DNA of 64,000 nucleotides from Mobula hypostoma (Eukaryota), in NCBI RefSeq assembly GCF_963921235.1, contig NC_086097.1:15128001-15192000 (forward strand), read 5' to 3'. Below the pieces are notes generated by a model that did not search any database, was not told the DNA's origin, and saw only the letters and a list, made by a program, of their open reading frames with translations. Positions 37,530-49,421 of this stretch are shown here, piece by piece (the stretch's first letter is position 1; the number at the start of each line of letters is the position of its first letter). A program made the translations under genes and the position numbers.

Positions 37530-38100
37530 TATGGAAAAGAGGAGTTTGGTGTGTGATAAAATGGACGAGTTCACAGCGCTAGCCAGGCATCAGAGAACAT
37601 TTCGGGAGTGCAGTGTTATGTGTTTTACTGAAACGGGGCTGCATGAGGATCAAAACTTCTCCATGGACGGCTTCCAGACCATTCGGGCTGACCGGAAGTG
37701 CACTGAGAGCGGTAAGCGTAAAGGAATTGGGTGTCTACTGTTCTGGTTAACAACAGATGGTGCAATCCAGGTCATATTATGATCGAGGAACGTGTTTGTA
37801 GACCGGATTTTGAACTTTTTACTGTTGGACTTCGGCCATATTCCACCAAGATATAACAGTGGGTGGCACGGGAGGTCGTTCCTGCCTGTGGCCATCGAAC
37901 TTGCAGCTCCTCCCATGGAGGGTCAGACACCCTGAGCCAATAGACTGGTCTTGGACCTTTTTCCATCTGGCATAGTTTGCATTTTGTTGTTTGATTGTTT
38001 GTGGTTTTTGTATTGCTATATTTATGCTCTATTCTTGGTTGGTGCGGCTGTAACGAAACCCAATTTCCCTTGGGATTAATAAAGTATATCTATCTATCTC
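37530..38100 (+). mobile_element. Internally deleted Rex1-type LINE (APE endonuclease N-terminus fused to the 3' end)
   Basis: KMDEFTALARHQRTFRECSVMCFTET...DGFQTIRADR...GKRKG, then at about 37843 a jump to sequence matching 58895-59120, ending in a (tatc)n tail. Confidence 0.8.
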
Positions 38101-38264
38101 TGAGTGTGAACTCAGAGGTAATAATTTCTCACTGGCAATGGGGATCAAAGCCTGGGTTCAGTCACAATAATAGTTTTCCTGCCGTTGTTCTGCTAGCCCA
38201 CTCACAAAAGCAACGGGGGACCAAAAGCAAGAGGGCAAAGGTTTAAGGTGAGAGAAAAACATTT

Positions 38265-38865
38265 TAGAATCAGAATCAAAATTATTATCAGTGGTGTATG
38301 TTGTTTTGTTTCAGCAGTACAGTTCAATACATAAAAATTACTATAAAATGACAATACAAGTAAGCATAAAAAATAAATAGCACAAGAAGAGAGCAAAATA
38401 TTGAGGTGGGTTCATGGACCATTCAGAGATCAGGTAAAATCATGAAATGGTTCGGGTGGAGGGGAAGAAGCTGTTATTAAACTGTTAAGTGTGTGTCTTC
38501 ACACTCCTGAATGTCTTCCCTGATGGTAGGAATGAGAAGAGGGCATGGATTGTGAGGGTCTCTTGTGCTGGATGTCATCTTCTTAACCCATCTCCTTTCG
38601 AAGATGTCCATGATGTTGGGGAGGCTAGTGTTCATGATGGAGATGGCTGAGTCTACAGATCTCTGCAGCTCCTTTGGAACCTGTGCATTGACACCTCCAT
38701 ATCAGATGGTGATGCAACCAGTCAGAATGCTCTCCATAGTACAATTGTAGAAATTCGCTGGAGTCTTTGGTGACACACCAAACCTCCTCAAACTCCTAAT
38801 GAAATATAATCACTGATGTGCCTTCTTCATAATGCATCAATAAGCTGGGCCCAGAATAGTTGACA
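38265..38865 (-). mobile_element. Rex/Babar-like LINE 3' fragment
   Basis: (agaatc)n tail and reverse-strand MESILTGCITIWYG. Confidence 0.75.
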
Positions 38866-39295
38866 TACCTCTGAAAGCGGAGCTAAAGGAACTTTTTTTA
38901 CACATGTGATATCTGGAATTTGTTTCCAGAGGAGGTGGTGAAATCAGATTTATCACTACATTCAAGAGACATGAATAGGCAAGACTGTTACTAAGCTGTG
39001 TGTGATTGGAACCAGTGATTTACATTTTGATGGTGTGTTTTGGAGCCAATTGAGTGATGTGGTGCTTTGCTGTCTCTGAAGGTGTTCAATGAGGTTAGGA
39101 GCAGAGTGGGCAGCCTAAAGCTCCGGAAAAGGGTGCAAGCGCATGATCGACTCCATTGCCTCTCACCGCTTTGAAGTCAACAAGGACGAGAGCGGAGGAC
39201 GGGCAGGTGTTCGGTGCTGTCTATCTGCATTTGACTCGCCTTCCTTTCCCTCGCAGTAACTGTTGGAGGAAAGTCTAGGGTTCCACGTTGCAAGG

Positions 39296-39535
39296 GGAGG
39301 GAGAGAACGTCGACTCAGACCATGAGAAGCCTGCGTCGGGCATTTTCATGCCTTACAAGGCGCAGATTGGAAGTGTGTGTGGGGCGCCACTCCTTGCACA
39401 GACACTACAGCAATGTGTGGTTAAGTGTCTTGCTCAAGGACACAAACATGCTGCCACAGCTGAGACTTGAACTAGCGACCTTCAGATCACTAGACAAACA
39501 CCTTAACCACTTGGCCACATGCCCAACACTTGCAA
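39296..39535 (-). mobile_element. Full-length tRNA-derived SINE with a CORE/Meta-like central domain and a 12-bp TSD
   Basis: Minus strand: A box TGGCCAAGTGG, B box GTTCAAGTC, central GTGTCCTTGAGCAAGACACTTAACC. CACGTTGCAAGG at 39284-39295 and 39536-39547. Confidence 0.85.
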
Positions 39536-40917
39536 CACGTTGCAAGGCTTGATCAGTAAGGCTCATGGCTGTAGACTCATTTTGGGTGACTTTGGGATAC
39601 AATTTGCATGTGTTTCTGGATTCTGGTTACTTGACTTTTTAGTAGTTTTTGAGCTGTTTGATCGGGGCAATCAGTGAAGACTGGCTCTGCGGCCTACAGT
39701 CCGCTAGCTGTATGGAGTTAAATGGAGCTGAACTAAATGTAAAACTCCTGGACTCCAGGTTTGATGTTGATATTCTATATGTTGTTTGCTTGTTTTGTGC
39801 TGTTTGTGCAATTTATTCCGTTTTTCGCACGTTGGGTGTTTGAACATGTTCCATGGTGTTTCTTTGTTTAGTGGCTACCTGCGGGGGCGGGGGGGGGGTG
39901 GTGGTTGAATCTCAGAGTTGCATTCTGTATATATACTTTGAACTTACTGAAGGGTATGGTCCTTATGCAGGCAAGTAAGCTCAGTGCAGAGGGGCAAAAG
40001 GATCAGCACAGATGTGATGGGTCAAGGGGATAGTTTCTGTGCTGTACAACTGTAATGGATTCAAACTCAAAAACGCCAATAGAGTTTGGGATGTTGTGTT
40101 CAGAGGGGGTGAGCTTCGAATTGGAGAAAGGAATGCCGAATTTGAAATGGTTGATATCTCGTCGGCAGTAAGAGATAAAGAGAACTAGATCTAACAGGGT
40201 TTCCTAGAGCAGGAAGACAGTTGAGGACGGAAGCAGGGGTAATCGGTGGGGGGCTGGGGGATCCTTGCCAAAGTATTCCATGTGTGTCTTGATGAAAGGT
40301 CTCAGTCTGAAATGTTGACTGCTTATTTCCCTCCATATATCCTGCCTGACTTGCTGAATTAATCCAGCATTTTGCATGCGTTGCTCAAGACTTCCAGTAT
40401 CTGCAGGATCTTGTGTGTTCAAAAAAAGTGAATATTCTACATGTAAAGTAATTAAGATCACTTGCAAGCTTTAACAGGAGGCTAAGCCCCACTTCCAGCT
40501 TTGTTGCTGGCTGGGGTGGGGTAATCACAGTTCTCCCGCCCCTCATTGCCCAAATTGAAGGTGTGGGAGGGCAGTGAAACTTGCCTGGCTAACTGTGGTC
40601 TTGGAAGGTGGGACCTCAGCAGGCGGTGATTTGAAGTGGGCTGTCGAGGTCCGGTGAAAATTGACCCCCTATTTCAACAACCAGACTGAAAAGTTTGAAC
40701 TCCTTGCCTTGGTTCAAACTCAAAATTTACATTGTGGTCTGCCAGGCAGAGACTGATTGAGCAGTGACTGTCTAAGTGTGTAATATGATCTAACCTCAGG
40801 GTTCATCATACACAGATCTTCACTAAAGCAACACTTTAATTGTTTCTTTCCCTGGGGCGACTCAACAACAACCACTTGTATTTACATCACACCTCTCAAG
40901 TAGTAAAATTCCCAAAT

Positions 40918-41606
40918 GGAACTCAGCAGGTCAGGCAGCATCTATGGAGAGGAATAAATAGTCAGCATTCAGGGTCGAGACACTTCGTCAGGACAGGAGA
41001 AGACGGGGGCAGAAGCCAGAAAAATGAGGTGGGTGGAGGGGAAGGAGTTCATGCTGGTAGGTGATAGGTGGAACCTGAATGAGGAATGGAAAAAGAGAGA
41101 AGTTGCGGGGTGTGGGGGTGAAGGAGAAATTACCGGAAATTAGAGAATTCATTGTTCATGCCATCAGGTTGGAGACTACCCAGACCTCTAACTTCTGACA
41201 ATTTCTCCCTATCCCCCTTCTCCCATTCCCCATCCTGGTTCCCCTGTCATCCCTTCCCTTCTTCTCACCTGCCCATCACCTCACTCCTGTGCACCCTCTC
41301 CTTCCCTTTCTCCCATCTCATCTCCTACCAGATACCTTCTTCAGCCCTTTTTGCTTCCACCCAGCTTCTCATTTCATTTCATCTCCCCTCCCCCTCACCT
41401 GGTCTCTCCTATCACCTGCTGTTTCGTACTCCTTCACCTCCCACCACCTTCTTATTCTGGCTCCTGGCCCCGCCCCCCCACCCTTTCTAGTCCTGCTGAA
41501 GAGTCCTGGTCCGAAACACCAACTGTTTATTCCTTTCCATAGATGCTACCTGACTTGCAGAGTTCCTCCGCCATTTTGTGTGCGCTGCTCTGCTGAATCT
41601 CTTGTG
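40918..41606. mobile_element. Older Penelope-like element with inverted arms
   Basis: 40918-41184 is minus-oriented (hammerhead remnant about 40960-40995, GIY-YIG end). 41185-41606 is plus-oriented (hammerhead remnant about 41489-41524). Confidence 0.75.
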
Positions 41607-41892
41607 ATTATAAGATTCCCAGGATGCTCCACAGCAGTGCTACGTTAAAAATGGGCACAAAGAGACATCAGATGACCTGAGGACTGGTGAGTGACAGCTG
41701 GCACAAAGTAGTAGGTTAAAAGGAATGGCCTAGGGAGGACTGGGAGTGAAGACACAATCCCGAAGGAGACACAACTGACGGCAGATGCTGGAATCTGGAG
41801 CAACAAATGGGAACTCAGTGGGTCGAGCAGAATCTATGCAGAGAAGGGAAGTGTCAAAGTTTTGGGCCTAAATCTTAAATCAAGGCTCACAA

Positions 41893-42098
41893 ATGACTCG
41901 GGTTCAATTCCATCCACTGTTTTGTACGGAGCTTGTACGTTTTCCCCATGACTGTGTGGGTTTCCACCAGGTGCTCCACTTCCTCCCGCACACCAAAGGC
42001 ACACGAGTTAGTAGGTTATTTGGTCTCATGGGTGTAATTGGGCAGTGCAGGCTTGTTAGGCCGGAAGGGCCTTTTAATGTGCTGTGTCTGTAAATAAT
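41893..42098 (+). mobile_element. V-type tRNA SINE, 5'-truncated
   Basis: gggttcaattc B box and V-domain. Confidence 0.7.
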
Positions 42099-42234
42099 GA
42101 TGCAAGGCTCCTTTCCTCTCCAACACCCACACCCCCAACACACAAATAAACTTCCAGGTTTGAGCCATTGAACTGCAGAATCTTTGAGGGTTGCAGGGCT
42201 GGAAGAGGCCTAAAAAAAAGGAGGTATTTTAAAA

Positions 42235-42600
42235 GCAACACATACAAAATACTGGAAGAACTCAGCAGCATCTATGGAAATGAATAAAGAGCCGATGTTT
42301 TGGGCTGAGACCCTTCATCGGGACAGGAATGGAGGGGGGAAGAAAGCAGAATAAGAAGTGGGGGAGGGGGAGGAGTATAATCTGGGAGGTGATAGGTGAA
42401 GCCTGGTGGGTGGGAGAGCGGGATGAAGTGAGAAACTGGAAGGTCATTGCTGGAGAAAAAGGAATCTGATGAGATGGCAGTGTGCTGTAGCAGAAAGGGA
42501 AGGAGGAGCGGCATTAGGGGGGAAATGATAGATAGATGAAGGGAAGAGGTAAGAAGAGGGCCAGAGTGGGGAAATTGAAGAAGAGGGAAGGAGGGATTTT
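42235..42600 (-). mobile_element. Penelope-like terminal repeat fragment
   Basis: Decayed hammerhead at about 42290-42325 and a purine-rich UTR. Confidence 0.75.
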
Positions 42601-43934
42601 AAACAAGGGTGAGAATTTTAAAGCCAAGTATCACGGATCACAATGAGAGCTGCTGAGAGTTCAAAAATAGGCAGCAAAGTTTTGAATGGGTTAACCTCCT
42701 AGAGGGCAGGGCATATTAGAAAAGTGACGTCTCGGGAGCTAAAGATTGTGGACTACAGAAAGCACATGCACTAATGTCACAGCAGAGCACAAACTATTTG
42801 ATGTTTCGGTAATGGGGTGTATAAGAGAAGGGAAAAAGAACAACTCAAAGACGAAACCGACTGCTGTTCAGTCCACCACAGCCTGTGGAGTGAAGCCTGC
42901 TTGCAAGGAGATCAGCTTTACCTCAGTCATTATTGTAGGACCCTGTCAGCTCATACGTAAACCGTCTCTACACTCTTAGTAGCACAGGGTTCCTGTTTGT
43001 GTTGGCTGATATAACACTTTATCCAAACTCATCATCAATCATTTGAAGACCAGCCAGGTCAACATCCATCACATGCATGAGTGATCTTGATTTGCTGTCA
43101 GGCCATTTCTTGGATATTCAAGAGAAGAAGTAAGATTGAAGAGACAGCTATCATGATGAAATGCCAGTCCATATGAGTGCTCCCATTCAGCTTTGAATCA
43201 TGGCTCTGTCACAATAGTAACAGGGAGCCCAGACAGGTAACAGGTCTGGTTCTGTGTTTTGACAAAGCGTTCTGCAATGAGGCAGAGATTTCCAAATTTC
43301 TGCACTCCTGGGCACTCAATCCAACACAAGGCAGGTTGAATCTGGTGTTAGAACAATCTGAATATGTTCCTACGGGAGGAGGACTAGGAAAGATGGAGAA
43401 TGAGCGTGAGGTGTCTTTTCGGTATTCTAGGTCAATCATGTCCCTGTCATCAATTCAGAGGACACAGCCAGCTATGCCAAAGGCAAAATAGTCTATCTGA
43501 CACTTTCAATTTACACATCAGAACCCTGATGTAGAATAAAATTCTCTGTCTTGTACAGGCGACCCACAAGTTACTCGAAAATAATCCACATCCCATCGTG
43601 GAGACACACCATCTGCACATGCATCAAAAAGTGTGAGTTGAACGGTTCTCTATGTGCATGTATTTACATTTTTTATCACAAAAATTTCAAAAGAGCAAAG
43701 TTTGATTCTGCACGCCAGATGTTCTGATAGCGATTGTGTGAATTCCGTGAGGGTACATTTCCAGTACTCGAACTGCCAACACGGGGGTTGCTTGCTTCCC
43801 AAAAGCCAACAGCAGAACTTAGCAGAAATCACAGTGCAGATTGCCAACAATGAACAAACATTACAGTTTAAAGCATGCTCCTCTTGGCAAAGCGCAAGCT
43901 GAATTCCATTACATTTGCAACATTCTGTTGCTTT

Positions 43935-44170
43935 CATTTAGAGATGCAGCATGGTAACAGGCCCTTCTGTCCCACACTGCTCCATCACACCCACGTGACC
44001 ATTGAACTTGTCAACCCGTACATCTTTGGAACATAGGAGGACTTCAGAGCACCTGGAGGAAACCCACATCACAGGAAGAACATATGAACTCCTTGTAGAC
44101 CACGTCAGAATTGAATTTGGGTCAATGGTGCTGTAATAGTGTTACACTAACTGCTACACCATTATGTCAC
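43935..44170 (-). mobile_element. V-type tRNA SINE
   Basis: cagagcacctggaggaaaccca and gaattgaa on the plus strand. Confidence 0.65.
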
Positions 44171-44631
44171 CCAAGATAAAGCTGAAATGTATTCATACCA
44201 GGTGTCTGATTATAGCTGCAGGGTATGGTGTACTGGGGAACTGGCACAGAAGAGGAGTTGATGCCAACAGAGATCACCCACGACTATAATAAAACACAGG
44301 CTTGATGGGCCAAGTTGCCTGCTCCTGGTTCCATTTTCCGATGTCCTTGCAGAGAACTTTGTTTCATCTGATTTCAGTTTGAAGCATTAACTGTTTCCAC
44401 AGAAGCTGCTTGAGCATTGAGAATCTCTGGCATTCACTATTTTTTATTTTGATCTAATTTATTGCTTGAGACACTGCTCAGCTCTGTATAGCCATGTCTC
44501 TCCAGAATGCATGATCTATCAACAGAACAGTGCAGCACAGTACAAGCCCCACCGCCCATGATATGCTGATCTTTTAACCTACTCCAAGATCAATCTAATG
44601 CTTCACTTCCACATCATCCTGCATTTTTGTT

Positions 44632-45361
44632 TCCATGTGCACTTTGGTAGAAGAAATAAAAGTATAGACTTCTCTCTAGTTTCAAAATGGAGAGAAAATC
44701 CAAAAATCTGAGGTTTTGAATTTTGGAGCCCTCGTGCAGAATTCCCTAAAGGTTAATTTGCAGGTTGAGTCAGTGGTGAAGAAGTCAAATGTAATCTGAG
44801 CATCCATTTCAAGAGGACTAAAATATAAAAGCAAAGATGTAATGTTGAGGCTTTATAAGACACAGGTGAGGCCTCACTTGGAGAATTGTGAGCATTTTTG
44901 GGCCCCTTATCTAAGAAACAACATGCTGACATTGAGAGGGTCCTGAAAATGATTCCAGGATTGTAAGGCACGTTATATAAGGAGCATTTGATGGCTGTGG
45001 GCCTCTACTCACTGGAATTCAAAAGAATGAAGGGGGGGGGATGGGATCTCATTGAAATCTATCATATGTTGAAAGGCCTCGATCGAGTGGGTGAGGAGAG
45101 GATGTTTCCTATGGTAGGGAATCTAAGACCCGAGGACACAGCCTCAGAAAAGAGGGACATCCATTTAGAACGGAGGAGAGGAGGAATTTCTTTAGACAGG
45201 AAGTGGTGAATTTGTGGAAGTCGTTGATACAGATGGCTATGGAGGCCAAGTCTTTATGTATATTTAAGGCAGAAGTTGATTGGTTCTTGATTAGTCAGGG
45301 CATAAAGGGTTACGGGGAGAAAGCAAGAGATTGGGCTGAGAGGAAAATGGATCAGCCATGA
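44632..45361 (+). mobile_element. Decayed CR1 LINE fragment
   Basis: Colinear with 30415-31150, with many indels. Confidence 0.8.
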
Positions 45362-45635
45362 CCTGCCTCTACCTTCACTCCCGGCAGTGTAATCCACACA
45401 CCCACCACTCCCTGTGTGAAAAAGTACCTCTGACATCTCACCTATACTTTCCTCCAATCACCTTAAAATTATACCCCTCATATTCGCTATTTCTGCTCTG
45501 GCCAAAGGCCTCTGGATGTCCACTCTATCATTGCCTCCCATCATCTCATGCACCTCTATCAAGTCAACTCTCATCCTCCTTTGCTCCAATGAGTAAAGCC
45601 TTGGCTTGCTCAACCTTCCCTCATAAGACATGCTC
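45362..45635 (-). mobile_element. CR1 LINE fragment
   Basis: MSYEGRLSKPRLYSLEQRRMRVDLIEVHEMM in ORF 45458..45712. Confidence 0.75.
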
Positions 45636-45785
45636 CTTTCCTGTAAGAGAACCCAACTTACTAGACTTGGGCCTCTGTTACTGATTTTCTTGATGCCTTC
45701 TGCAGTTCCCACTGAACCACGGATGATTGTCTAGCTTGACACTACTGGTACAGTGATGGATATGTTAGGCTCTGAGATTGCAAAT

Positions 45786-46936
45786 CAAAAGTGGAAAGGG
45801 TCAGCAATTTCAAGCTTGTGGGTGTCAACATCTCTGAGGATCTTTCCTGAGCCCAACATATCAATGCACGACAACGGCTATGTTTTATTAGGAGCTTGAG
45901 GAGATTTGGTACATCACCAAAGACACTTGCAAATTTCTACAGATGTACCATGGAGAGCATTCTAACTGGCTGCATCATTGTCTGGTATGGTTGGGTGGTG
46001 GGGTGCTACTGCGAAGGATCGAAGCAAGTTGCATAGAGATGTAAACTCAGTCAGCTCCATCATGGCACTAGCCTCCATGGTTATCTTCAAGATGCAATGC
46101 CTCAAAAAGGTGGCATCCATCATTAAGGAACCCCATCACACAGGACATGCCCTCTTCTCATTGCGACCTTCAGGGAAGAGATACAGGAGCCTAAAGACAC
46201 ACACTCAACAATTCAGGAACAACTTCTTCCCCTCTGCCATCAGAATTCTGAATGGACATTGAACCCTTGAACACTAACTCACTACTTCTTTATTTCTAAT
46301 TTTGCACTACTTATTTAATTTAACTGGTTAATGTAAACATACTTACAGTAATTCACATTTTTTCTGTTATTATGTATTGCAATGTACTGCTGCCACAAAG
46401 TCATCAAATTTCATCAAAGTTCACCAGATTGATTCCTGGGATGGCAGGACTTTCATATGATGAAAGACAGAATCGACTAGGCTTATACTCATTGAAATTT
46501 AGAAGATTGAGGGGGAATTTTATTGAAACGTATAAAATTCTAAAGGGATTGGACAGGCTAGATGTAGGAAGATTGTTCCCGATGTTGGGGAAGTCCAGAA
46601 CGAGGGGTCACAGTTTGAGGATAAAGGGGAAGCCTTTTAGGACTGAGATGAGGAAAAACTTCTTCACACAGAGAGTGGTGAATCTGTGGAATTCTCTGCC
46701 ACAGGAAACAGTTGAGGCCAGTTCATTGGCTATATTTAAGAGGGAGTTAGATATGGCCCTTGTGGCTAAAGGGATCAGGGGGTATGGAGGGAAGGCTGGT
46801 ACAGGGTTCTGAGTTGGATGATCAGCCATGATCATACTGAATGGCGGTGCAGGCTCGAAGGGCCGAATGGCCTACTCCTGCACCTATTTTCTATGTTTCT
46901 ATGGGCCGGGGATATTGAATCTGATTCTGATTCTGA
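45786..46936 (+). mobile_element. Rex/Babar-like LINE 3' fragment flanked by a roughly 180-bp direct duplication and hosting a CR1
   Basis: VERVSNFKLVGVNI...MESILTGCII...KVASIIKEPHHTGHALFSLRPSGKRYRSL and an (attctg)n tail at 46917-46936. Confidence 0.85.
46415..46902 (+). mobile_element. CR1 LINE 3' fragment nested in a Rex-like 3' UTR
   Basis: KFTRLIPGMAGLSYDER...FFTQRVVNLWNSLP open frame and a (tttctatg)n tail. Confidence 0.9.
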
Positions 46937-47224
46937 TTGCTCAGCCTTTCCTGATAAGACATGCTCCTTTCCTGTAAGAGATCACAACTCACGGGATTTG
47001 GGCCTCAGTTACTGATTTTCTCGATGCCACTCCTAGCATGACCTTCTGCTGTTCCCAGTGAACTAGGGTTGATCCTCTGGCCTGACACTACTGGTACAGT
47101 GATGGATGTGCTGGGCACTGGGATTGCAAATTGAGATGCTGCACATTTATTTCTGCAAATGATAATCCATAGCACCCTGCTTTGGGTTGGCAATTCTGTT
47201 TTAAGTATCAGATCTACAACCAAA

Positions 47225-47540
47225 GAGTCATTGAAAAGTCCAGGACAGAAGCAGGCCATTTGACCTTTCTGCTCCATGCTAAACTTTTTAAACTACCTAC
47301 TCCTGTCGACCTGCACTGGGCCATCACCCTCCATACTCCTACCATCCACGTACCTACCCAAACTTCTCTTAAACGTTGAAATCGAGCTCACATGCACCAC
47401 TTGAGCTGTTAGCTCATTCCACCCTCTCACCACTCTCTGAGTGAAGAAGTTTCCCTTCATGTTCCTCTTAAATGTTTCACCTTTCACCCCAACATATGAC
47501 CTCTAGTTGTAGTCCCGCCCAAATTCAGTGGAAAAAGCCA
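47225..47540 (-). mobile_element. CR1 LINE 3' fragment
   Basis: KGETFKRNMKGNFFTQRVVRGWNEL; same subfamily as 15625-15905. Confidence 0.8.
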
Positions 47541-48027
47541 CTGTGGAATTTGTTGGTTTGCAGCAGCAGTACAGTGCAAAGACATTAAAATTACTATAAA
47601 TTACAAAATAAAGAAATAATGCAAAGAAAAATAATGAGGTAGTGTACATTAAGCTAATAGACTGTTCAGAAACCCGAACCAAAATATCAGAAGTCTAACC
47701 CCATCGGGTCTGATTACAGTACAAATAACACAATGGAGGGAAGATGGGACATTGCCTCCAAAGTAAAGAAAAGATTAGCTTTAGTTGTCAGATTTACATT
47801 AAAATATTGAAATATACAGAGAAACGTGTTCTTTTGCATCAATGTCCAACATCACAACATACAGTGAAATGCATCGTTTTGCATCTGAGGATATCGCTGG
47901 GCAGCCCACTACAGTTGCCTTGCTTTTGGCACCAACACAGCATAGCCACACTCATTAACCCTAACCGTACACCTCTGGAATGAGGGAGGGAACCAGAGAA
48001 ACCCCCATGGTCACAACAAGAACATAC

Positions 48028-48237
48028 TGTTATGTTTTGTAACTTCAGAGCATTAAACAAATCCAAAGGAAAACAGGAGGGTCCAAAATACAGGTGTAAC
48101 TTCATCTCACGCGGTACCAATTAACGTGTTTATATCGGTAACCCATAATGAATTGTTTAAACAAACAGGAATGCTTAATCAACCAACTTATATATGCAGG
48201 ATTACTCAAATGCTATTGAAGTATGAAGTACACAACG
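48028..48237. mobile_element. Probable solo LTR with a 5-bp TSD inside a V-SINE
   Basis: TGTTAT...ACAACG flanked by CATAC at 48023-48027 and 48238-48242. The host SINE resumes on both sides. Confidence 0.7.
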
Positions 48238-48874
48238 CATACGAACACCTTACAGACAGCAGTGGGAATCGAACACTCATCGGTGTTTGCTGCCACTCTA
48301 AAGTGATAGTGCTAATCGCTATGCTACTGCGCTGTCTATAACTATGTGGTGATCGCTTCAACCAATGAGTTAATGGACTGGTGAACACAAGCTTAAGGTG
48401 GATTATTCCTAATGTTGGTTCACTCAGCACGTGCCACAGACTCCTCTCAGAACTCAGCCAGCTCTATCAGTGGTAGAACTGCCAAGCTATTTTCGATGAT
48501 GAACATTAGGTGGTAGTCATCGTCAACTATGGTAGTCATACAGCACCAAAGCAGGTTCTTTGGCCCAACATGCTCTGGTCACCCATCTTACGCATCTCCA
48601 TTAATCCCAATTACTCCATCAGATCTGCAATCTTTTAAACAAGGAGGTGCTTTCATTACTCATATTCAACTGGACACTATGAGACTTTATGGAGTTAATA
48701 TTGAAGGCACCAATGGGCTCCCGCCTCCCCTATGTACACCACTAAATTGCCCCGACTTTGTGCCTGCCCTACCAATGAGACAAGATGTATCCGTTCATTG
48801 TGATAGAGAAGTACAGTACATTACCTGTGATATTTAGTTTAACGTTCAAAATAAATTTATTATCAAAGTACATA

Positions 48875-49421
48875 CAATTCTGTGCAAAATTCTTAGGCAA
48901 ATATATATATATATATATAGCTAGGGTGCATAAGACTTTTGCACAGTACTGCATTTATCAATGTGGAGTATAAAGCAAGTTTGTATATCTGGCGGGACGC
49001 GGAGCAAAGTATGCTGGGAATGACGAGGGTGGTATGCCGTGGGACAGGTGGCAGAGAAGGATGCCAGAGGCAGAGGTTGACACAGGTGCAGACACACCCA
49101 GCCCTGAGAAACCAGGCAAGGTCACTTGATTCCAAATAATTGGTTTTATTAATTATTACAGAATTCTTTCTGGTGCTTCCCACTCCTTTCCCTCTCCCTT
49201 CTCTTTTTCCCAGCTATGATTCCCCTCTCCCTGCTCCCTTCCCACTTAGAGACTTAGAGACTCATATCAGAATCAGGTTTATCATCACTCACATCTGTCA
49301 TGAAATTTGTTATTTTTTTGTGGCAGCAGGACAGAGCAAAACATAAAATTACTAAGGTACCATGCAAAAGTTTTAGGCAGCCTAGCTATATATATGTGCC
49401 TAAGACTTTTGCACTGTACTG
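48875..49421. mobile_element. Composite Tc1/mariner-type element: two inverted palindromic MITEs (48875-48951, 49355-49421) flanking about 400 bp of cargo
   Basis: TA TSD at 48873-48874 and 49422-49423. The host LINE tail aaagtaca-TA-tatgtcacc rejoins perfectly (compare about 25051-25069). Confidence 0.8.

Noticed and set aside
39450..39530. tRNA gene
   Set aside because: The A and B boxes belong to a TSD-bounded SINE head, with no proper cloverleaf or terminator.
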